This document shows, piece after piece, positions 1 through 12,905 of a stretch of DNA of 64,000 bases. The translations under genes and the position numbers were made by a program. Origin of the DNA: Octopus vulgaris (taxonomy: Eukaryota); assembly GCA_951406725.2 (NCBI GenBank), contig OX597825.1:8308001-8372000 (forward strand), given 5' to 3'. Below the pieces are notes generated by a model. The model was given only the letters and a program-made list of their open reading frames with translations, had not been told where the DNA came from and searched no databases. Every line of letters starts with the position of its first letter. Position 1 is the stretch's first letter.

Positions 1-121
1 AAGCACAATCAAGAATTTCCCATTGATTTTCATATGGATTCCCAGCGAAAAGTGTACGCTTTTCTTCTCAGTCTAATCAATATCTGTTAGCTCCTTTGAA
101 ATCGAATAATATTACAATACT

Positions 122-1092
122 TATTTCTTTATTACCCACAAGGGGCTAAACATAGAGGGGACAAACAAGGACAGACATAGGTATTACGTCGATTACATCG
201 ACCCCAGTGCGTAACTGGTACTTAATTTATCGACTCCCGAAAGGATGAAAGGCAAAGTCGACCTCGGCGGAATTTGAACTCACAACGTAACGGCAGACGA
301 AATACCTATTTATTTACTGACCACAAGGGGCTAAACACAGAGAGGACAAACAAGGACAGGCATAGGTATTACGTCGATTACATCGACCCCAGTGCGTAAC
401 TGGTACTTAATTTATCGACCCCGAAAGGATGAAAGGCAAAGTCGACCTCGGCGGAATTTGATTTCGCAACGTAACGGCAGACGAAATACCAATTTCTTTA
501 CTAACCACAAGGGGCTAAACACAGAGAGGACAAACAAGGACAGACGTAGGTATTACGTCGATTACATCGACCCCAGTGCGTAACTGGTACTTAATTTATC
601 GACTCCGAAAGGATGAAAGGCAAAGTCGACCTCGGCGGAATTTGAACTCACAACGTAACGGCAGACGAAATACCTATTTATTTACTAACCACAAGGGGCT
701 AAACATAGAGGGGACAAACAAGGACAGACATAGGTATTAAGTGGATTATATCGACCCCAGTGCGTAACTGGTACTTAATTTATCGACTCCGAAAGGATGA
801 AAGGCAAAGTCGACCTCGGCGGAATTTGAACGCACAACGTAACGGCAGACGAAATACCTATTTCTTTACTAACCACAAGGGGCTAAACACAGAGGGGACA
901 AACAAGGACAGGCAAATGGACTAAGTTGATTATATCGACCCCAGTGCGTAACTGGTACTTAATTTATCGACTCCCGAAAGGATGAAAGGCAAAGTCGACC
1001 TCGGCAGAATTTGAACTCAGAACGTAACTGCAGACGAAATACGGCTACGCATTTCGCCCGGCGTGTAAACGTTTCTGCCAGCTCGCCGCCTT
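122..1092 (-). mobile_element. tRNA-derived SINE family A, one head followed by five tandem ~184-bp body+tail units
   Basis: Head AAGGCGGCGAGCTGGCAGAAACG (A box) and B box GAGTTCAAATTC on the minus strand. The unit containing GGTCGACTTTGCCTTTCATCCTTTCGGGGTCGATAAATTAAGTACCAG occurs five times. An 8-bp direct repeat acaatact flanks the array (114-121, 1095-1102). Confidence 0.9.
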
Positions 1093-1427
1093 GCACAATA
1101 CTCTTATAGTGCCCCCCTACATCTGTACACTTTTCCGAACGCCCGATCTTTTCTGCGTCGGTAGTCCTGCATCGTAATTTATCGCCAGTGGCGTCGACTT
1201 AAAACTATTTAAGCGACATAAAAATTCGTGGCCGTCACTCGTTTGAAAGTGTCTGCGATAGCTATGAACACAATATCCCCCCCATCTATCTATCTGGCAG
1301 CCCTTTTCGTGTAATTAAACTGAGAAGTATGACTGGACATGGGAACGTTTCACTGGAACAATAAACTCTACACACAGATATTATATGTTACAGACTTCAG
1401 TCAATGATCAGCCATTTACACCGTAAG

Positions 1428-1446
1428 CACACGCGCACACACACGC

Positions 1447-1480
<34 letters not shown>

Positions 1481-1875
1481 TTACAACTATATACATGCAT
1501 ATATATATACATACACACATATATGTATGCATATATATGTATACATACATAAATACATACATACATATATACATATAGGCACACACACACACATATATAT
1601 ATATACATATATACATATATATGCATGTATGCATATATATGTATACACACATAAATACATACATACATATATACATATAGGCACACACACACACATATAT
1701 ATATATACATATATACATATATATGCATGTATGCATATATATGTATACACACATAAATACATACATACATACATACATATATATACATACATACATACAT
1801 ATATATATGTATACACACATATAAATACATACATACATATATACATACATACATATATATATATATATATGTATG

Positions 1876-1910
<35 letters not shown>
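1428..1910. repeat. Compound (CA)/(TA)/(TACA) microsatellite with a 102-bp higher-order duplication
   Basis: The block ggcacacacacacacatata recurs at 1578 and 1680 (period 102). Confidence 0.85.
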
Positions 1911-1912
<2 letters not shown>

Positions 1913-2473
1913 CTATGAGTGTATGTATACCTGAGTATAAATATAGTTAATACACTGAAATATTCACAATGTCATGCTCGTTGGTAACCCGGCACAGTTT
2001 CATTATGGATTATTTCATACATTTTACATTGAACGGATGTTACAAGAATTACTACACGAAATTATTCCGCAGAGTAACCTTCCCTTCACATGGTTTCGCG
2101 ATGAAAGTGAACAATAAAATACATCATACGCAATGGATATTTTATAGTCCTTCTGTACTTCTGTAACGCTTCAAATATATTCTGATACATCCAGTCATTC
2201 ATGTAGAAAACAACCACGCAATTTTCCCCTCGTTTTTTTGACACAGATATGCGTAACGCTTGTTATTAATGCATTTATGCAAATAGACAACATGCGCAGA
2301 GAGATATGCATTCACCTTACGAAACACACAATTCGAGCAAGTGTATCATATTTATACATGTTTTTATGTGTAAGTGTCTGCTTACCTGTCTTTATGTGTG
2401 CTAAAACATGAGTGTGTGTAAGAAGTTGTGTGTGTGTATACGTCTCTCCCACTCTCCCTCTCTCTTTCTCTCT

Positions 2474-3610
<1,137 letters not shown>

Positions 3611-4029
3611 CGTGCATGTGTGTATGCGTATTGTGTATATTAAGAATAGATATATTTGTGTTCGTCTCCATTTTATTTTTCATTCTTTCTCTATCTTTCG
3701 CGTTACATATATTTATGTATATTTCCATAGGCACATGTATAATGTTCTTACGTTTCAAAGTAGGTTTATGTGCCATTGTTTGCCCGTCATTGTGTGGGTG
3801 TGCTTTTGTGTGTATGAGTGAGAGTGTGTGTGTGTTGTGCGCCCGTGTATATGTGTATGCGTGTGCAAGCATTTTGCTTATGTAACCTGACTTATCGCTC
3901 GTTCGCCGTACGCTTATGGCTTTCGATAAAAGTATGTATTTTGAATTAGTTGCGGTTTCTTTCATTGTTAAATATGTATCGGTGCATAGACACCCACCAC
4001 TTAAATGCAATAATTGCTCAAATCAAACG

Positions 4030-4353
4030 AATAGTGAATTCTATTTAGCTGACAAAGCCTTCATTGAACAGCTTGATAGCGGCGTAATGTATCTCGGAAT
4101 AAAGAGCCTCGCCCAAGAGAACATAAAGGTTCACTTAACAGTACTTAAAGGTATCGCGTCAACACTTATACGCCAGATCGTATTGGAGTTCAAATCACGT
4201 GTTCAGAAGGAACAAATGGTGAGAAAACCATTCCTGCTTATTATATATTTTTCCTTTTCACTCTTGACGAGAATAATGCCTAATCTTTTTGATTTTTTTA
4301 TGGAAGATATACTAAATGGTTTCTGGAAATTCTCGGTGAACACATTTGAGTAA
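4030..4353 (+). pseudogene. Possible L1/Tx1-like reverse transcriptase thumb remnant (alternative: 170-bp host exon 4049-4218)
   Basis: Open frame YLGI...LEFKSRVQ...IIYFSFSLL...MEDILNGFWK has YLG-to-W spacing of ~79 aa, like L1/Tx1 YLG...GR..FIW. It is also bounded by tttag|CT and ATG|gtgaga splice-like sites. Confidence 0.35.
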
Positions 4354-4802
4354 TTCAGGTAGACATCAGTGTAAATAACTAGAATTGTTTGACAACTACT
4401 TAGCCACAGGTAATGTATTTCCATACGTGTTTTACGGTATGTGTGTGTGTGTGTGTGTGTTTTAAGAAATATATATGCGTGTTCGTATTTAGGATGAGTA
4501 ATCTAAAAATTGAATTATCAGGCATTTTCACATCTGATCAACGAATAACGCTAATATTTCTTGCGTGCACAAGTGGAATACAAAAGGAAACAAATAGATA
4601 TATAAAGAAGGTAAGACTTTCACACCATAATGAAATATGATCGTCAGTATAATGTCAGCCAGTTGACTGCACATGCGTCACAATTGATAAATCTTGCGTT
4701 CTCGCGGTGATTTTTGATGAACGAAGAGATGATATGATTTATCATGCGAGTTTCATGTATATGCGTATACGTGTGTATGCCCATAATGAGTAACAGGTGG
4801 TG

Positions 4803-4913
<111 letters not shown>

Positions 4914-4930
4914 CGTATATACATATATAC

Positions 4931-5326
4931 GTAGGAGTGGCTGTGTGGTAAGTAGCTTGTTTACCAGCCACATGGTTCCGGTTTCAGTCCCACTGCGTGA
5001 CACCTTGGGAAAGTGTCTTCTACTATAGCCTCGGGCCGACCAAAGCCTTGTGAGTGGATTTGGTAGACAGAAACTGAAAGAAGCCCGTCGTATATATGTA
5101 CATATATATATATGTGTTTGTGTGTCTATGTTTGTCCCCCCAACATCACTTGACAACCAATGCTGGTGTGCTTATGTCCCCGTAACTTAGCGGTTCGGCA
5201 AAAGCGACCGATATAATAAGTACTAGGCTTACAAATCAAAAGTCCTGGGGTCGCTTTGCTCGACTAAAAGGTTGTGCTCCAGCATGGCCACAGTCAAATG
5301 ACTGAAACAAGTAAAAGTGTAAAGAG

Positions 5327-5328
<2 letters not shown>
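4931..5328 (+). mobile_element. tRNA-derived SINE family B (CORE-like), full length with internal (TA/TG)n
   Basis: A box TGGCTGTGTGG, B box-like GGTTTCAGTCCC, CORE-like GTGACACCTTGGGAAAGTGTCTT, 3' end CAGTCAAATGACTGAAACAAGTAAAAG. Confidence 0.9.
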
Positions 5329-5370
<42 letters not shown>

Positions 5371-5372
<2 letters not shown>

Positions 5373-5585
5373 TTTTCTACTGTAGGCACAAAGCCCCAAA
5401 ATTTTGGGGAGAGGCTAGTCGATTAGATCGACTCCAGCAAGCAAATGCTATGTAATTTATCATTCTGTGAAGGGATGAAAGGTAAAGTAGACCCCGGCGG
5501 AATTTGAACTCGGAACGTAAAGACATACGATATACCGCTAAGTATTTCGCCTAGGGTGCCAACGTTCCTGTCAGCTCACAGACTT
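5371..5585 (-). mobile_element. SINE family A, alternative tail (TTGTGCCTACAGTAGAAAAGA), between two (TA)n tracts
   Basis: Diverged family A body ggcggaatttgaactcggaacgtaa. Confidence 0.8.
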
Positions 5586-5591
5586 AATCTC

Positions 5592-5710
<119 letters not shown>

Positions 5711-5829
5711 CATACACACACACATAAATGAATCTTTATGACAATTCATCTTTTTCTCTCCTGCATCATCAGAGTGCAGATTAACTGACTGTATCATTTG
5801 TGCAGCCAAACGGATGGCATATTGCTCTT

Positions 5830-5990
5830 GGGGTTCATATATTATTGCACAATAATATATGATGAGGATCGTTGGCGGACAATCACCGACGTGGCTCGTG
5901 TTGTTGAGGACTATTATATTTGATGTCAAGTGCATTACAAAACTAATCTTTCACAATCGTGGACTTAGTACAAGATTTATGTAACTGATG
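5830..5990 (+). mobile_element. Possible mariner transposase HTH remnant
   Basis: Frame IYDEDRWRTITDVARVVE resembles mariner (I/V)xEDRRxTIxxIAxxVG; flanked by stop codons. Confidence 0.3.
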
Positions 5991-6353
5991 TATAGCAGAA
6001 ACCTGCATTTCCTATTAAGTTGGCATTTAATATGATGAGAGAGTTCCACTTTCCCCAACGAGTATCTACTTGAAATTATGATGACTAAATTTACTAAATA
6101 AAATCGTGGTCGTGTTTAGATATAGTGATTTACAGTCTACGGTGCATTATTTCAGATAAATTTTAAGCATCTCTTCACTGGATTACGTATTAGCTTTCGG
6201 CTGTGTTCTAAGTTACTTTATTGAATACAATAGTTGCAATGGAGGAAGCCAAACTAAGCATTTTGATTGTGGTAATCAAATATCTTTGTTGGTCAATAAA
6301 TGTCTCAAAACTCAAATGTGACACTGAGAAGATTCATGCAATCAAGCAAATAC

Positions 6354-6456
<103 letters not shown>

Positions 6457-6525
6457 TATACATACATACATATATATATATACATATATATATATACATA
6501 CATATATATATACATACATATATAT

Positions 6526-6630
<105 letters not shown>

Positions 6631-7595
6631 TATATACATATACACCAATGTAAATAACTTGATACACATATGGCTTCATTTTTATACGGATTAAGCAATA
6701 TAGTGAATTGTCGCTAATGATAATGATAGTACCAATAAAAATATAATAAAATCTGTAATTACTCGCGAATTAACGATCATATGTACAAATAGTGCACAAC
6801 TGAAGTAAAACACGTCGATCTTTAAGTGCTTTTTCTGATTTAGCCCTGAAGAAGGGACCCTAATATAAATACTTAAGAGAGATTTCGTTGACATACTGAA
6901 ATGGTTCTCTTTGGTCATAAGCAGCATTCCCCTGCTCATAGAGCTTCGATATGGTTCATCACTTAATACTGAATTATGTCTATACGAGTAGGTATAATCA
7001 GAGGAGGATATACTTATAAATATACTGTGTATATAAATACATTTGAATAAATAGTTTGCATGTGTATACATGAATGTGTGTGCGCGTTTGTATTTATATT
7101 CATATATACGCCTACACACGTACACACACACATACACACATGCACACACTCACACATACATATGCATAATTGCCCGAATTATGTAGTGAAAACACACTTT
7201 AGTTATCGACAGAAAATTCACGGAGTAGACACAATACACTTTAAGGCCGGAGAGTCAGGAGTGTCTAAATAGGATTTCCAGCCACTCCGTTGGCTGCCCT
7301 TCTTCTTTTCTGCATTCCCGAATGAGATGCATTTGTATTTAGCAGCAATACCGTCCCTTATGTGGAAGCAATTTTCACCTGTGCCCCTCACTTCAACCTT
7401 GCATATAGAATAGATCATGGTGTCTTGTGGGTGGGGATAATGTGCTTTCTGCGAGACTTAATCAGTGATATGTTTAGCAATTGGAGTAAACGTGATTACT
7501 TTATATGCGTGCCTCTTATGTTTATGGTTTGTATGCACCATTGTCATTTCGTCATAAGGGTAGTGGTAAACATCCTTTGATGTTTATCTATGTGT

Positions 7596-7835
7596 GGAGG
7601 CGCGTTTATTTGTGGTTAGAATGCCGAGCTCATGGTCGTAAGATTGTGGTTTACATCCCTTGACCGGGCGACAGTTTGTGTTCTTCAGAAAAAAAAACAC
7701 TTCATTTTACGTTGCTCCAGTCGGCTCAGCTGAAAATGAGTAATCCGGCGACAGTCCAGTGTCCCGTCCAGTTGGAGACTATTCACACCATGGAAACGGC
7801 AAACTGGCCTTGTGAGTCCGTGACTCGGAAACGAT
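7596..7835 (+). mobile_element. SINE family D, diverged
   Basis: ggaggcgcg head, cacttcattttacgttgctccag body, gtcccgtccag...gaaacggcaaactggc tail as in the 13752 copy. Confidence 0.75.
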
Positions 7836-7931
7836 TTTCATCGTTATTTTCTTTTAAATACTCATATATACTCATATGCAGATACGCTCATACACTCAAT
7901 TGTGTTTATAAATTAAACTCTGCCACTCAGT

Positions 7932-8229
7932 TGGTTACAGTTGATCCGATCAACGGACCAGGCTGCTGATGAAATTAATGCACAAGTGACTAAGCACTCC
8001 ACACAAACGGGTACCTTTAATGTGGTTTTGAGTGAGATTCAGTGTGACCGAGAATATGACAAAGCCGGGCCTTAGAAATACGGGTACAACTCATTTTTGC
8101 CCGCTACCTTGACTGAAGGAACATGAAATAAATGATCTTTCTCCAGGACACAACCCCGCCCGTCCACCGGGTATCGAAAGCATGACCTCTTTTGGTCAGG
8201 AGTCAAATACAACTAAGTCAAGTGCCTTC
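7932..8229 (-). mobile_element. Chimeric SINE: family D head + family C tail
   Basis: Minus strand reads D-type GTGTCCTGGAGAAAGATCATTTATTTCATGTT...GGCAAAAATGAGTTG, then C-type GTGGAGTGCTTAGTCACTTG...CCGTTGATCGGATCAAC. Confidence 0.75.
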
Positions 8230-8589
8230 ACACACTGTGCTTTATGTAAGCAGGAAAACAGCCGTTATCTACTAAAATGTTAAAAGGTATAACCCAAAAG
8301 GAACCGGAATACCAATAAACGACAATTATACAACATGAATAAATGGTATAATATATACAAATGCATCATAAACAAAGAAATGAAGAATTACCCATCAACA
8401 AACAATACCAGAACTGGGATTTCTATGAAGGATAACTTAGAACCATAGAAACACAAGGAATTATTTCCAGGCAAAAACACAACACGACTAAAGAACGGCA
8501 AACGTATACAAACGTCTTCTGCTGTCTGTAGGATACCGTGTAGGTTTCGATACCTTGGCAGCATCTTTCAAACCGACATTGCTGACAAC

Positions 8590-8990
8590 TTCAAAAGCAT
8601 AAACACTGGCTAGGAATTAATAGATAAGTTAATGTATGTGTATAAGATGCCAAACATTAGCCCAATGTATCTATTACGGTTTCACTTGCTTATTGTTCCA
8701 AAACATCAATACAAACGTCACATCTCAAACATAATACGTCACATAACTATAGTTACGAAGTACACAAAAAAAGAAAAAAATACAGAAAACTCCTCCAAGC
8801 TGACATTGATACAACAAGTATTACGGAACTTTAAAACCATAAAACGTTTTTCAACGACATATTTAACATAATTTATTGGACTTAGTTGAATACACCTGCT
8901 GCGAAAGAGAAAATATTAATAACCTAAAAATAATCATCCTAGAACTGTAAACGTTTAGAGTAATTAAACCGACAGACGTCACTACCTAAC
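8590..8990 (+). mobile_element. Heavily decayed Penelope-like element, GIY-YIG-proximal region
   Basis: Scattered PLE-like motifs across frames: KMPNIS, NFKTIKRFSTTYL, AKEKILI...RTVNV. Confidence 0.3.
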
Positions 8991-9399
8991 AACTAATAAA
9001 TCATTCTTAAAGCTAAACAAAATGAAACATATTCACAATGAGCGAAGCGTAAGCTAACGGAATTAGACTCCATTTTAACTATGTGGCTTCAATCGACTTA
9101 AAACAACACAGCGTGGTAATGAACCAATACAAAGCCATATCTATTAAATATATACCTTTTGTTATTGAAAACAACTTTTAAAAAAATAATTCCATCTAAA
9201 AACAAACATATAAATAATATAAAATAGGCCAAATGACATAAATCGTAAAGAAAATACTCGCTAATATCATTAAAATTTGAAGACATAAAACAAACTAAAT
9301 GTAATCTAATGAAACAACGCAACAATATAAGCAAACGTTATCAATCTTGAATACAATTGTGGATGAAACCAATGTACACCTGTAAATATCAAATTATAG

Positions 9400-9452
<53 letters not shown>

Positions 9453-9789
9453 ATGTTTCCGCCTAAAGTTTTCACATATATATAGATGACGGAACAAATG
9501 TGTGGAAAACGCTGGGTACGGGTTATGTGTATGATTTAATAACAGCTTCAATCGGTTGCATATAACTTAGTTTCTTAGGCTTGTAAATTGATGCGAGTTC
9601 GTCAAGCATTTGAACATGAACCAACAGGAAGTGAAGCAAATTCTAGAGAACCTCCTCCAGATAATCGGCGAATATTGGTCAAAATAGATCACATTCGATA
9701 GCGACATCAAGTCTTATGTTTTTTCTCAGGTCCAAATGCTGAAACGACACATTAGTAGGCAGCTGTCGTTGCTATCTACGGAGGCTGAG

Positions 9790-9975
9790 GTATTGTTGTT
9801 TATTTAGCGGGTTCACTTCACTGAGTTTGCTGCTACACATACATGTCAGAGGGCGGGGGATGTCGCCTGTGACCGTTAAAGATAGACAGAATTCTTTGAA
9901 GATCTTCATCACATACTTCTTGAAATTGTCCACAGCGTGGACTTCCCTAGGATTGAGATTGCAAGGCCGTTGTGA
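9790..9975 (-). mobile_element. Penelope-like RT fragment
   Basis: DNFKKYVMKIFKEFCLSLTV resembles PLE RT (E/D)xxKKxLIKIFKExGLxIT. Confidence 0.4.
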
Positions 9976-10799
9976 AGCTACGGGCAGAGTTTTATGGGGC
10001 CACCCTTCCTTACATTGTCCAGGACAAATACCCCGACAAAACAAACATGACATACAGAAATTGTACGTCATATAAAAACAAACTAATAAACATGTGTTGC
10101 ATAGAGAGGTAAGAAAGCAATGCTTGTCTCTTCCCTTAATTGCTGTTTACAATCAGAAGACCGTTTGTAATCTAGGAGCAGAAATCCAGAATTACTCTCG
10201 TGTGGAAGTGATGACGTGTACGAGAATATACAATATACCCGAACACAGTATTACAAGGATATTAAATTTAAGGTTGATTTAAAGTAATCATTCTGTAGAT
10301 CGATACTAATTTAAAAACATGACGTTGCTCCAAATGTGTTCCAAATTTCATTGTCTCCCCAAGCTACAGTTAAAACACTTTAACAAACATTTTTCCTAAT
10401 GCAACTCTGTTTTTTCATATGCGTCGTTAAAATTTTTTCTTTACAATATTACACCCATCTTATTTATAGTCCCACCGTATAAAATAACTTGAATGTTAAA
10501 CATATTATGCCCAACTCTTAACGGAATATCATTAAGTGACCAGGACAACGATGCAATACAAATATAATGTTCTCAGATTTATTGCAAATGCCTGTCGCAA
10601 CCTTTTAACAGCACAGGCTTGCATAACATCTGAATAGTTAACCTAATTTACCGTCTCTTCCTTGCCACTTGCTTCGAGATCCTACGGATATATTTTCCTA
10701 AACATGTATTCTAAATAAAGTTGTCATTGATATCTCTGCAGCCACCACCATGTTGTGTGACTAAAATAATGTTTTTCCTTTGGTATAAATCATTAAGAC

Positions 10800-12330
10800 A
10801 ATCGTATTGATATGGCGATAAATATATATCTGCTAATGAAAGGATACACTTAACACCTACCGGAAAATGGTTAATTTATTTAAATATCCTCTCCGTTTAA
10901 GCGATATATGTTTTCTTAGGGATAAATCTTATCGTCTCTAATCTACTTTTATTTAAACAAATAAAACCTACACTAGAATAACAGAAAACCTAGATTAGGA
11001 TAAAAAAAAAACACAACCTTCGGCCTTATTTATGGAGATACATTACTAATATTGAACAGGATATCAATAAGTGTCTTCTACACTTTGCTAATAAAGATTA
11101 GTGTGCAGTGTACAGGAACGATACCTAAGTATAAAAACAATTAATTTAATCCTTTGGAGCGTCCATAAACCTTCATTACCAGAATGAATTGATATTCCTG
11201 AATAAGATAACAGCCGAATTATATAGGGAGTCCTTTGCGTTATATAATAAAATCTCATCTAAGAACATTTAACGCATCATAAATTAATATAGATAGTTGT
11301 TTACTTGTAAAGTTTCTTGCATCCACAATAAATCTGCATTTATACGGAATCTCAGGCAATTTTGGAAAACTCCCTCGAAAAAAAAATCAGTATAAATTTG
11401 TCATCTTCTACGCTGAATCCAGTCACATTTAACGCACCATAAATTAATATAGACAGTTGTTTACGCGCACACTTTGTTGCATCTGCAATAAATCTGCTTT
11501 TATACGGAATCTCATGCAAATTTAGAAAACCCCTCACTCGAAAACCAAAATCGGTATAAATTTGTCATCTTCTACGCTGCAGCCACTCATCTTTTCCACC
11601 TCTGGTATTAATTTCCCCAATAAAACATACATACTGTCAGATACTACTTTCTAAGTGCTATTAACTTTAAAGGTATAGTAGTCTCCTAATCCTAATTCAT
11701 TAGCTAATAACATTATTTAATGTTTTTTTTTTTACGAATTTTACGCATTTTCTTGAAATCTTACCTGTCGGTATTATGAAGTGGTTATTTTACATAGCAT
11801 TAATATACACTTTAACTTCCTGCTAACTACGGGCAGAGTTTTATGGGGCTGCCCTCTCCTATACTCTCCTAAACCCCTAGTTATCATTGTCATTCGCTTC
11901 AGCGACAAACTGGTAATGTTTTTCTCCAGTTCTGAAAATTCTTCTCTTGTACTTTCTATTTTAGATTTAACTACGAGATCACTAACTGATTTCCAGATTA
12001 CCTCCTCTAATTTGCACCTAGTTAATCAATCCGTATCACTGTGTGTATTCACTTTCCACATAAGCCAATTGAAATCTGCATTCAATATAATATTTACATC
12101 ACCTGTATAACCATATTGCGCCACAAGTGTACAAGTTTAATCGCATGTGCTGTAAAATGTATTAAGAGACAAATATTTTGTGCTCACCTTGTTTCATATG
12201 GAACTTACTTTATTGGATAGAAAGTGCAGATGGAATCCTTATGGAACCATTAATCAGGAATTGACTGAATGTAGTGTTTTGGTCCACATCTAGTGAATCC
12301 ACGATTGCGACTCGTGATCAGTCCGCTGAC
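10800..12330 (-). mobile_element. Decayed Penelope-like retroelement, RT N-terminal region
   Basis: Collinear motifs on the minus strand: GYTGDVNIILN (cf. HVITGDLNII), QEVKVYINAM.NNHFIIPTGK (cf. FVIVPADK), LLANELGLG, LNLHEIPYKSRFIADATKC.RKQLS (cf. PKLHKNPYKSRFIA), NSFW. Many stops and frameshifts; boundaries approximate. Confidence 0.75.
11265..11588. repeat. Diverged tandem duplication, 2 x ~160 bp, inside the PLE remnant
   Basis: acatttaacgca...tataaatttgtcatcttctacgctg begins at 11265 and again at 11425. Confidence 0.9.
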
Positions 12331-12440
12331 AAGTGTACTTCGTGTAGATGCTCATTTTGGGATGCTCACACACTCATAGATATGTGTGCGTGTATACATT
12401 CACTCACACACATAAAGACACACACGCATATATAAATATA

Positions 12441-12482
<42 letters not shown>

Positions 12483-12644
12483 TATATGCATGTATAAAAA
12501 CAAACACGTGTATTCGTTTAACGCTTGGCAAAGAGTGAAAGTCTTTTACGTGTTAAACTTACGTTCTTCAACAGAAAGGAACACGCGAAATTAAAGTGAG
12601 AGAGAATAAAAAGAAACTTTTGGAGCTAGCGGTCAATCATGGCG

Positions 12645-12905
12645 AAAGAAGCCTGTCGTATGTATGTATATATATATATGTATGTGTGTGTATGTTTGTG
12701 TGTCTGTTTGTCCCCCTAGCATTGCTTGACAACCGATGCTGGTGTGTTTACGTCCCCGTCACTTAGCGGTTTGGCAAAAGAGACCGATAGAATAAGTACT
12801 GGGCTTACAAAGAATAAGTCTCGGGGTCGATTTGCTCGACTAAAGGCGGTGCTCCAGCAAGGCCGCAGTCAAATGACTGAAACAAGTAAAAGAGAAATAG
12901 AAAGA
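12645..12905 (+). mobile_element. SINE family B, 5'-truncated
   Basis: gaagcctgtcg, internal microsatellite, gacaaccgatgctggtgtgtttacgtccccg...gactgaaacaagtaaaagag. Confidence 0.9.

Noticed and set aside
122-1092. Regularly spaced repeats suggesting a CRISPR array
   Set aside because: Whole ~184-bp units repeat with no unique spacers; they are SINE bodies and there are no cas genes.
4493-4610. Exon-like segment with tttag acceptor and AAG|gtaaga donor
   Set aside because: Its only open frame is out of phase with 4049-4218 (joining gives an immediate stop), and I recognise no homology.
4600-4660. Minus-strand CTGACGA...GAAA hammerhead-like boxes
   Set aside because: Stem I does not pair and stem III is too short.
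9730-10272. Phase-consistent three-exon chain on plus (9730-9789, 10023-10108, 10176-10272)
   Set aside because: The peptide is unrecognisable, two donors are weak, the region overlaps antisense PLE relics, and it was found by post hoc searching. It needs RNA-seq support.
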